Shown here: positions 53,661 to 64,000 of the stretch, piece by piece
Numbering within the stretch: position 1 is the stretch's first letter
Layout: every line of letters begins with the position of its first letter
From: Eledone cirrhosa
Taxonomy: Eukaryota
Length of the DNA stretch: 64,000 nucleotides
Reading direction: 5' to 3'
NCBI GenBank assembly: GCA_964016885.1
Contig: OZ024741.1
Location: 310,620,001 to 310,684,000, forward strand
The notes under the pieces: generated by a model
Database searches by the model: none
Told to the model about the DNA's origin: nothing
Seen by the model: the letters and a program-made list of their open reading frames with translations, nothing else
Made by a program: the position numbers and the translations under genes

Positions 53661-54645
53661 TTCTTTTTGTTGTTTTTTTAAAATTGTTATTATCATGAGT
53701 GGTTCCTTAATGTGAGCATTGCGTGGCTTAAGAATGAAATTATTAATAATTGTCTCCACTCCAGGCACAAGGCCAGCAATCACCCAGTGCATTACAATAA
53801 TATAATATACTTTTTGCTGAAGTTGCCTGTTATTGTTGTTGGATATGTCGGTGGTGGTGATGGGGATTTTTATATTGTTGGTGAGGAAGGAGTGAGCCAG
53901 CAGTGCCATAGTTGTTGATGTTGACGTTTGGCCGGTGGCCAGGTCACTAAGTCAATCTATTTATATCTTTTGCTAGCCTCTCCCTTGTCTAATGATACCG
54001 CCACCTTCCCCTTTCTCTCTCAAGTTAACAGGGGAATAGTGGTGGTAGCAATGAAGGAGTGGTGGCGGCGGCGATGGGATAGTGGTAGCAATGATGGATG
54101 GAGTGGTGGAGGCGGTGGCGTTGTCGTTAATGAGTTTTGTGATATGTAGTATATATGAGTTTGTGTCGCGTATGTTTAATATATATTGTGTTGACATATT
54201 CCCGTCAAATTGGAATTAAACATTTTGTTAAATCTTGAGACAATAATAATAGTAATTATTATTATGATGCTGGGATTGATGGTGGTGGTGGTGAAATTGC
54301 CGTTATCTGGCTGTTATATTTAGTGTGATGGGGTAGGTGGTGTATCAAGTTTCTGGTGTTGGTGAAATTGCTGTTATTTGGCTGTTCTATATAGTGTAGA
54401 CAGAGGGTGTTTGCCTCCATTTATAACCATTTTCTTTTTTGAATACAAAATATATAATACAAAATTGAATATTTGAGCGATATAACAATATAATATGGAT
54501 CCGAAATTTTATGGGACTTGATTCGGTGGTTTATGCAACATTTGTACTAAGAATTGTTATTTCACAATTGATTTAAATATGTTAAAAATCAAAAACTTAC
54601 GGGAGCGATTTCATGACCTTCTACCACCTCGTGCGTCTTCTTCCC

Positions 54646-54701
<56 letters not shown>

Positions 54702-57700
54702 GGCGACCTACGTAGTAAATCGTATCATCGTGAGCTCCGCAAAGGTTTGTTATTTCCGTTTGTTAAAAATTGCCATTTATGGAATATTTTATTGTTAACT
54801 GTTTATAAGCACACATACATTGTTTTCCGAAAAGGACACCCAAAAAGATTGGGGCCTTGTGCCCAAAATTTTAACTTTTATTATTATCCAAAAATTTATT
54901 TGAAAAAAATGGCTAATTCCCCTCTGCACGAAGCAGCTGAAAGCCTTCCTCACAAAATAACACCTCACACCGACATCACCATTGTAAATGTTACTACGTT
55001 TGCCAACACAAAAAAAATATAAGCAGTAGCAATATTTTAAATTTGTCTCAGGCAGACATTCATTTCCCACCATTACCAATGACTGCAGGTGTTAAAGCCT
55101 CCACCACCACCACCACCGCGACAACCACCACCCCCACCACCACCGCGACAACAGAAACAAAAGAAGAAAAAAATAAATTAACTCGTGATGTCGAAATGAA
55201 ATCAAGCAAAATGGACTCTTCCGCACCAAAGACGAATGACGTCACCACCACCACAACTGAAACTAAAATTGATATTAACGATAGCAACAACAACAACAAT
55301 GACATTATAAACCCCCCCCTCAGTTTCGCCAGAGTAGCAAAACAATTCGAAGCATTTACCGTAACTCAAGAAGACTTAGAAAATGCCAAATAAATGGTAA
55401 AGAAAGATGGGTACAGGGTCAGCCTCACCCACCCACCTAATAAAATGGAGCATCGGCGCCTATGCACCGTGTCGTATAGAACAATAAATGTAAAATCGCG
55501 CCGAGTGGAACGGGGATCCGAGTCCCAAATCCAAAAAGCTTTGGCACATGTGTGGGCAAGAAAAACCCACATCAGACGTGGGCAAAAGTATGGAACCGTG
55601 GATGTGTTCTTTGAAACACCAGAGGAGGCTACAGAACACTCCATGGCCCCATTAAAAAGTGACGACTTCACACTCGTCCCAAGCTATTGTGGCCAGAGAC
55701 TCGTAAAGATCAGGGTGACCCACGTTCCACCGGCCATCGAAATTCCCTGGCTAATAGCGGCTGTCCTCGCCGACATCGAGGCCAACACGAAAATAATAAC
55801 AATAGCAAAAGAAAAGCAGGAAAACTGGTCCGGATCTGGGATGGAGCTCCTGATCCAAGCGGACGAAAAAAGCATTGAGTAGATCCCAGAGGTAATAGAC
55901 CTCACTGACGGCAGCCACCTCACGGTAATTGTCGAGGGCAGAAGACCTAGGTGTGTCGTTTGTGGTGAAGGAACCCACCTAAGGGCTTTCTGCCCTCAGG
56001 CTAAAAGGTTGAGGCCACCTCTCCTACCCACCCCAGTAACACAACCATCAACACCACCAGTAGCAGAGATGCCAGCAACAACTGTAGCAGCAACAACAGA
56101 AGCAACTATAACAGCAACAACCCCAGCAACAGTAGCAAAACCAACACCACTACCACCACCAGCAAAACCAACACCACCACCACCCAACGCTTCAGAACTA
56201 GCACCAGCGCCTACACCATCCACCACACCACAACCAAAACTAACGGCCGTGGAGGATTTTCCACTCCCCGGCCTATCACAACTGGAGACAGATTGTGACG
56301 ACGAGGAGTGGGAAACGTTATCCGGAAAAAAAAGAAAGAAACCAAAAAAGAAAAAATTCTCTTCCTTCCCCCTCCAAAAACAAAATACAGAGGGAAACAA
56401 ATAAACTAAGAAACAAAAAAGTTAGGACAGATATGCCACCATCCACACCAGCATCACCAACCCCATCAACCCAAACACCAACACCATCACCATCATTAAC
56501 TCCAACACCATCATCACCTACACCACAAAAGTCACCAAAATGCGAAACAGAAACAAACCCACAACAAACGCAAACAAAACAAAACAAAACAACCAAAACG
56601 ATACACACTACACAGCATTAAATTTGAACAACAAGCAATTATTGCACTACATCCAACACAACACCAGCATCACAGAAAAAGACTACACAACAACCCCAAA
56701 ATTCACACCACCTCAACACATACAAATCACTCGCATCACACAGAAAACGTACATGACACTAAAACAAAAATTCCCCAAAGACATCTGAGACTTCCGACAA
56801 GCACTCTCCAAGAGGATTTATAAGGACATCCTTCCTGAGGAGGCCACAAGCAGTGAAAAGGATGGAAAAACCGTCCTTCCCCTACGAGAAGTAAGGTATG
56901 TGGTCTTTCCCATCTTTTCCACTCCTTTTCAACATGACCTCACTCAGAATAGGCAGCATAAATGCGCGTGGCTTGGAGTCATCATGGAAGCAGGGCCACC
57001 TGCTCAACGACCTCAGGTCACTAAACATAGATGTAGTGGCCATCAGCGAGACCAGAATCTCCGAAGCACAGGCTTTCGCACCGATCTTCGGCGGCTACGA
57101 TGTGTACGCGTCTCCCAGCCGTCCGGGATCGGGGGGAGGAGTTGCTGTGCTTTTTCGGAGAGGTTTGGATCTTGCCATACGGGCCATCTTCCTGGACCCA
57201 GAAGGTAAGTTGGTGGTGCTGGACGTGACCAGCGGAGACGGGCAAGCTTTCAGGTTAGTGGCCGTTTATGCCCCGACAGGAGCAGGGCGGCCTGATTTCT
57301 TCCGGCGTCTGGAGACCTTTCTTGGAACGTCCCGCTCTTTAGTGTTAGTGGGCGACTGGAACGGGATCTTAGATGCACGCTGGGATTGTGTGGGATTAGT
57401 GGATAGGGAAGGAGGGTGCAAGAGTCTCACCAACCTGCTCAGACGTTTTGAACTGTCTGACAGGTACCGAATGGATTTCCCGAATATACCAATGTGGACT
57501 TGGACAAATCGCATAGGGTCATCCAGATCATATCTAGATAGAGTATTTTGTAGGGAAATAGATAGGTCTAGCATAGGCTGTCCACAATTCAAGATAGTCA
57601 GCTACACGGACCACAAATTCGTGATCTGTGTGCTTGACTTAGATAGGCTTCATAGACGAGGACCCGGCTACTGGAAGCTAAACGCGTCCTTACCAGCGCG

Positions 57701-58319
57701 CAAGGCCTACAGAGACCGGATTAGCGAACTAGTTAAGCGGGCGTTGACGGGGGCCATCGTCAACAACAAGTGGTGGTTTGCTCTGAAAAGAGCAATTAGA
57801 ATAGAGTCCATTAGGTTTAGAAGACTTTAGCAATAGAGAAAAATAGAGCAGAGGGAGAATTAGTTAGAAAATTAGATGAGGCGCTTAGCAAAGGCATCGC
57901 GACCGACGTACTTGCGACGAAATTGGCCCTTGACCAATTCTTCAATGCAAAGCACGAAGGCTGCGTTGTCAGAGCTAGGGTGCGTGCTCTCAGACACGAG
58001 GGGACGAAAGCCGTTCAATGGGCCCGAGTGGCGGAGGCGCGTCGTGGCAACAAAGCCACGATCCGGTCTTTGGTGGACCACGACGGGCGCATGCTACTCG
58101 ATCCCGGGCAAATGTGTGAAGCTTTTCAGCGACACTTCGCTCAACTGTTCGGGGGCAGTGGCGGGCCGGATCGAGGGATGGACTTTAGTGTCTACCTCGA
58201 CGGACTGCCGCGGCTTTCGGCCACTGAGGCGGAGTGTTGCGAAAAGCCGATAACAACCGCTGAAGTACGGGATGCAATGACTAGTTGCACAAGGGGTAAA
58301 TCGCCTGGTTTGGATGGTC
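54702..58319 (+). mobile_element. Tx1/L1-like family 2 copy 2 (5' part, ends at SPGLDG)
   Basis: Starts ggcgacctacgtag after (ATT)n at 54647-54701; homologous to copy 1. Confidence 0.93.
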
Positions 58320-61300
58320 ACTACGGTGACATCGTCCGCATATGCTGACATGGATCTTCCGCATCCTAGTTCGCGCGGGACGCCCCTCAACGTCTCCAGT
58401 TTGTGCAGTAATGGCTCGATAGTCAATACGTACAAGAGGGACGAGAGGGGACATCCTTGGCGGACCGAGCGCATGATGTTGAACGGTTCCGAAAGGTGAC
58501 CGTTCACTCTCACCACAGAGCATATGCCGCTGTGCATGGCAGCGATCCAGCCTCTGAAGACGGGCCCAAAGCCAGCCGCCCTCAGGACTGCCGCTAGATA
58601 ACGATGGTCGACCCTATCGAAAGCTTTCGACTGATCTAAATTGATCAAAGACCCACCCGTTCCAGGTTCCCTAGCTACCCTCTCTAAGATGTATCGCATG
58701 AGGTGGAGGTTGTCGTGGATGGATCTATCGGGGATGGCGCATGTCTGCGCCTCTCCCACCAGAGCACCAGCGACAAGCGCCAACCTCTTTGCTAGCACCT
58801 TGGCCAACATCTTGAACTCTGTGTTTAGCAGAGTTATGGGCCTAAAATTATCTTTGTTATCCCCCTTGTTCGGATCCTTTCTCAGCAGCGTCGCCGCTCC
58901 TCGGCTCACAGAGGTTGGAATTCTCCCGTTCTGTTGCCAGTTGCAGTAGACGACCGCCAAGAGGCCTCCGAACAAGTCTGGCATCTGTACGTAGGGTTCA
59001 TAGGGCAGACCATCCAAACCAGGCGATTTACCCATTGTGCAGCCAGTCATTGCCTCCCGTACTTCAGCGGCTGTTATCGGCTTTTCGCAACACTCCGCCT
59101 CTGTGGCCGAGAACCGTGGCAGTCAGTCGAGGAAGACACTAAAGTCCATCCCTCGATCCGACCCGCCGCTGCCCCTGAACAGTTGAGCGAAGTGTCGCTG
59201 AAAAGCTTCACACATTTGCCCGGGATCGAGTAGCATGTGCCCGCCGTGGTCCACCAACCGGATCGTGGCTTTGTTGCCACGACACGCCTCCGCCACTCGG
59301 GCCCATTTAACGGCTTTCGTCTCCTCGTGCCTGAGAGCACGCACCCTAGCTCTGACAACGCAGCCTTCGAGCTTTGCATTGAAGAATTGGTCAAGGGCCA
59401 ATTTCGTCGCAAGCACGTCGGTCGCGATGCCTTTGCAAAGCGCCTCGTCTAATTTTCTAACTAATTCTCCCTCTTCTTTATTTTTCTCTATTGCTAAAGC
59501 CTTACTAAACCTAATGGACTCTATTCTAATTGCTCTTTTCAGAGCAAACCACCACTTGTTATTGATGTTGGCCCCCGTCAACGCCCGCTTAACTAGTTCG
59601 CTAATCCGGTCTCTGTAGGCCTTGCGCGCTGGTAAGGACGCGTTTAGCTTCCAGTAGCCGGGTCCTCGTCTATGAAGCCTATCTAAGTCAAGCACACAGA
59701 TCACGAATTTGTGGTCCGTGTAGCTGACTATCTTGAATTGTGGACAGCCTATGCTAGACCTATCTATTTCCCTACAAAATACTCTATCTAGATATGATCT
59801 GGATGACCCTATGCGATTTGTCCAAGTCCACATTGGTACATTTGGGAAATCCAATCGGTACCTGTCAGACAGTTCAAAATGCCTGAGCAGGTTGGTGAGA
59901 CTCTTGCAGCCTCCTCCCCTGTCCACTAATCCCACACAGTCCCAGCGTGCATCTAAGATCCCGTTCCAGTCGCCCACTAACACTAAAGAGCGGGACATTC
60001 CAAGAAAGGTCTCCAGAGGCCGGAAGAAATCAGGCCGCCCTGCTCCTGGCGGAGCATAGACGGCCACTAACCTGAAAGCTTGCCCGTCTTCGCTGGTCAC
60101 GTCCAGCACCACCAACTTACCTTCTGGGTCCAGGATGATGGCCCGTATGGCAAGATCCAAAACCTCTCCGAAAAAGCAGAGCAACTCCACCCCCCGATCC
60201 CGGACGGCTGGGAGATGCGTACACATCGAGCCGCCGAAGATCGGTGCGAAGGCCCGTTCTTCGGTGATTTTGGTCTCGCTCATGGCCACTACATCTATGT
60301 TTAGTGACCTGAGGTCGTTGAGCAGGTGGCCCTGCTTCCATGACGACCCCAAGCCACGCGCATTTATGCTGCCTATTCTGAGTGAGGTCATGTTGAAATG
60401 GAATGGAAAAGATGGGAAAGACCACTTACCTTACTTCTCGTAGAGGAAGGACGGTTTTTCCACCCTTTTCACTGCTTGTGGCCTCCTCAGGAAGGATGTC
60501 CTTATAAATCCTCCTGGAGAGTGCTTGTCGGAAGTCTCCGATGTCTTTGGGGAATTTTTGTTTTAGTGTCATGTACGTTTTCTGTGTGATGCGAGTGATC
60601 TGTATGTGTGGAGGTGGTGTGAATTTTTGGGTTGTTGTGTAGTTTTTTTCTGTGATGCTGGTGTGTTGGATGTAGTGTAATAATTGGTTGTTGTTCAAAT
60701 TTAATGCTGTGTAGTGTGTATCGTTTTGGTTGTTTTGTTCTGTTTGCGTTTGTTCTGGGCTTGTTTCAGTTTCGCATTTTGGTGACTTTTGTGGTGTAAG
60801 TGATGGTGGTGTTGGGATTAATGATGGTGATGGTGTTGGTGTTTGGGGTGATGGGGTTGGTGATGCTGGTGTGGATGGTGGCATATCTGTCCTAACTTTT
60901 TTGTTTGTTAATTTATTTGTTTCCCTCTGTATTTTGTTTTTGGAGGGGGAAGGAAGAGAATTTTTTCTTATTTGGTTTCTTTTTTTTCTTTTTTCCTGAT
61001 ACCGTTACCCACTCCTCGTCGTCACAATCTGTCTCCAGTTGTGATAGGCGGGAGAGTGGAAAATCCTCCACAGGCGTTAGTTTTGGTTGTGGCGTGGTGG
61101 ATGGTGTAGGCGCTGGTGCTAGTTCTGAAGCGTTGGGTGGGGGTGGTGTTGGTTTTGCTACTGTTGCTGGGATTGTTGCTGTTATAGTTGCTTCTGTTGT
61201 TGCTGCTACAGTTGTTGCTGCCATCTCTGCTACTGGTGGTGTTGATGGTTGAGTCACTGGGGTGGGTAGGAGAGGTGGCCTCAATCTTTTAGCCTGAGGG

Positions 61301-62632
61301 CAGAAAGCCCTTAGGTGGGTTCCTTCACCACAAACGACACACCTAGGCCTTCTGCCCTCGACAATTACGGTGAGGTGGCTTCCGTCAGTGAGGTCTATTA
61401 CGTCTGGGATCTCCTCAATGCTTTTTTGGTCCACTTGGATCAGGAGCTCCATCCCAGATCCGGACCAGTTCTCCTGCTTTTCTTTTGCTATTGCTATTAT
61501 CTTTGTGTTGGCTTCGATGCCGGTGAGCACGGCCGCTATTAGCTAGGGAATTTCGATGGCCGGTGGAACGTGGGTCACCCTGATCTTTACGAGTCTCTGG
61601 CCACAATAGCTTGGGACGAGTGTGAAGTCGTCACTTCTTAATGGGGTCATGGAGTTTTCTCTAGCCTCCTCTGGTGTTTCAAAGAACACGTCCACGGTTC
61701 CATACTTCTGCCCACGTCTGATGTGGGTTTTTCTTGCCCACACATGTCCCAAAGCTTTTTGGATTTGGGACTCGGATCCCCGTTCCATTCGGCGCGATTT
61801 TACATTAATTGTTCGATACTACACGGTGCATAGGCGCCGATGCTCCATTTTATTAGGTGGGGGGGGGGGTTTGACCATGTACCCATCTTTCTTTACCATA
61901 TTTTGGCATTTTCTAACTCCTCCTGAGTTACCGTAAATGCTTCGCACTGTTTTGCTACTCTGGAAAAACTCAGGGTGGTTTTTTTTAATGTCATTGTTGC
62001 TGTTGTTGTTATCGTTATTTGTGTTATTATTAATTTTAGTTTCAGTTGTGGTGGTGGTGACGTCAGTGGTGTTCGGTGTGGAAGAGTCCATCTTGGTTGA
62101 AAACATTTCGACATCACGAGTTGATTTATTTTTTCCTTTTTGTTTCTGTTGTCGCGGTGGTGGTGGGGGTGGGGGTTGTCGCGGTGGTGGTGGTTGTCGC
62201 GGGGGTGGTGGTTGTCGCGGTGGTAGTGGTGGTGGCGGCTTTAACACCTGCAGTCATTGGTAATGGCGGGAAATGAATGTCTGCATGAGACAAATTTAAA
62301 ATATTGCTACTGCTTATATTTTTTTTAGTGTTGGCAAACGTAGTAACATTTACAATGGTGGTGTCGGTGTGAGGTGTTAGTTTGTGAGGAAGACTCTCAG
62401 CTGCTTGGTGCAGAGATGAATTAGCCATTTTTTTTCAAAGAAATTTTTTGATAATCATAAAAGTTTAAATTTTGGTCACAAGGCCCCAATCTTTTTGGGT
62501 GTTCTTTTCGGAAAACAATGTGCGCTTATATATTGTTAACAATAAAAATTTTCCATAAATGGCAATTTTTAACACCAGAAATAACAAACCTTTGCGGAGC
62601 TCACCATGATACGATTTACTACGTAGGTCGCC
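58319..62632 (-). mobile_element. Tx1/L1-like family 2 copy 3 (5' part, ends just after YADD)
   Basis: Reverse-strand homolog; its 5' end abuts (TAA)n at 62635-62658. Confidence 0.93.
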
Positions 62633-62658
62633 AGTAATAATAATAATAATAATAATAA

Positions 62659-63330
62659 GGAGGAGGCTAGCCCACTGTGCAGGATCTGTGGAGAGAGAGA
62701 GAGAGGAGACTGTGGCTCACATTGTATCCGAGTGTAAACACCTAGCCCAGACTCACTATAGGGGCTGGAGACATGATGTGATAGGCAGGGTGATCCACAG
62801 GCACCTATGCAAAGTAAACAATTTACCACATTCTGAGAAGTGGTATTAGCATAAGCCAGAGTCGGTGATAGAAAACGATCAGGTGAAGGTTCTGTGGGAT
62901 TTTAGGATACAGACGGACAAGAAACTGGAACACAATAGACCTGACCTGGTGGTTGTGGACAAAGAAAAAAGATCGTGCCTGATTGTGGATGTGGCCTGCC
63001 CATTCGACACGAGAGTGCAAGAGAAGGAGAGGGATAAAATTAACCGATACCAGGACTTAAAGTGGGAGGTAAAAAGGATTTGGAACTGCCATGAAGTCAA
63101 AGTGGTCCCGATAGTCATAGGCGCACTAGGTACTATCTCAAATAGTTTCCAGGGATGGTTAAAGAAAATTGGCCACTTCACGCTTTTTAGAAGGCTTCAA
63201 AAAGCATGCTTGCTGGGAACAGCGAGAACCCTCCGATACGTCCTGAATATCTGAGGCTGCAGGTAGTGGCTTGATATTCATTTCAACAAACTTTCCAGTT
63301 AACTAACATCAATGACTGAGACTCAAAGAA
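62659..63330 (+). mobile_element. 3' fragment of a second R4/Dong-like family (Zn finger + restriction-like endonuclease)
   Basis: CRICG..ETVAHI, VLWDFRIQTD..NRPDLVV..IVDVACP..YQDLKWE; (TAA)n on both sides. Confidence 0.85.
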
Positions 63331-63363
63331 TAATAACAACAATAATAATAATAATAATAATAA

Positions 63364-63472
63364 TTGTTTCTACTTTAGGCACAAGGCCAGCAATTACCCA
63401 GTACATTACTGGTACTCTATTTCATCGACCCCGTAAGGTTGAAAGGCAAAGTTAACCTCGGCGGGATTTGAG
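63364..63472 (-). mobile_element. 5'-truncated SINE in (TAA)n
   Basis: Core and tail motifs on the minus strand. Confidence 0.85.
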
Positions 63473-63489
63473 AATAATAATAATAATAA

Positions 63490-64000
63490 TGATTTCATTT
63501 ATTAGCCACCAGGGCCGACATCTAGGGGACAATACAAAGACAGGGACAGTGGGGGTTTACAATAAGGTCGAGTAAAAGTGCACAATGGCAAGACTAATTT
63601 AACAATGAAAATATAAAAATATAAAATAAACTATGCATAAATATAACAAAATAAATTCCCCGATAGGAGGTGGACGACCCTGGGGTGCTTCAGGTGCCCC
63701 ACCAATCCTGAACCACCCTGCGCTTCTAGGGCACCCAGGAAGAGCACCCCTCACCTCAAATTAGCTAGCCTATAGGCGCATGGTGAGAGTAGGCCCATTC
63801 ACACGAGCCATTCTCACCACATTCACCCACCTTTTAGCAAATGTACTGGGGGGCAGCACTTCTCTCTCCACCCTCACCTTCCTTTCCAGGTGAAACTTGA
63901 AGAAGTTGATGAGGGATTGGCCGAAGAGAAAAGTGTCTGTCTTTAGTCCTTTCAACCTGGTCCACCATATAATCTCTTTCGCAACTGCCACCAGACAGAG
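63490..64000 (-). mobile_element. 3' end of Tx1/L1-like family 1, continuing beyond the window
   Basis: Reverse complement of ~43403-43912. Confidence 0.92.

Noticed and set aside
58094-59050. Novel 318-aa RT protein
   Set aside because: Chimeric read-through across the tail-to-tail junction into the antisense strand of copy 2.

Overview
Repeat-saturated, AT-rich animal genomic DNA, probably octopus or another cephalopod (inferred from the SINE family and microsatellite load). (1) Bases 1-20.9 kb and 26.1-37.9 kb are two diverged copies of a segmental duplication. Each carries a minus-strand signal-peptide exon. One EGF-like exon (23754-23888) lies between the copies, suggesting a tandem family of small secreted EGF-domain genes or a duplicated 5' end of a MEGF10/PTP-like receptor. 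(2) A ~10.7 kb nest (8.95-19.7 kb) found only in copy A holds a Penelope-like retroelement with an uninterrupted RT+GIY-YIG ORF, a near-perfect 3.7 x 562-bp tandem array, and several fold-back repeats. The array units and fold-back families carry type I hammerhead ribozyme folds (12 hand-folded motifs from 6 sequence families, counting a separate ~690-bp element at 22.1-22.8 kb). The array and the 22-kb element share an unusual extended stem II geometry and look like large retrozymes (ribozyme-processed, probably circular, non-autonomous retroelements) next to a candidate helper RT. (3) Bases 38-64 kb are a pile-up of non-LTR retrotransposons (two Tx1/L1-like families, R4/Dong-like, CRE-like), most of them joined through (ATT)n tracts. 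All RNA folds were made by eye and none is tested.
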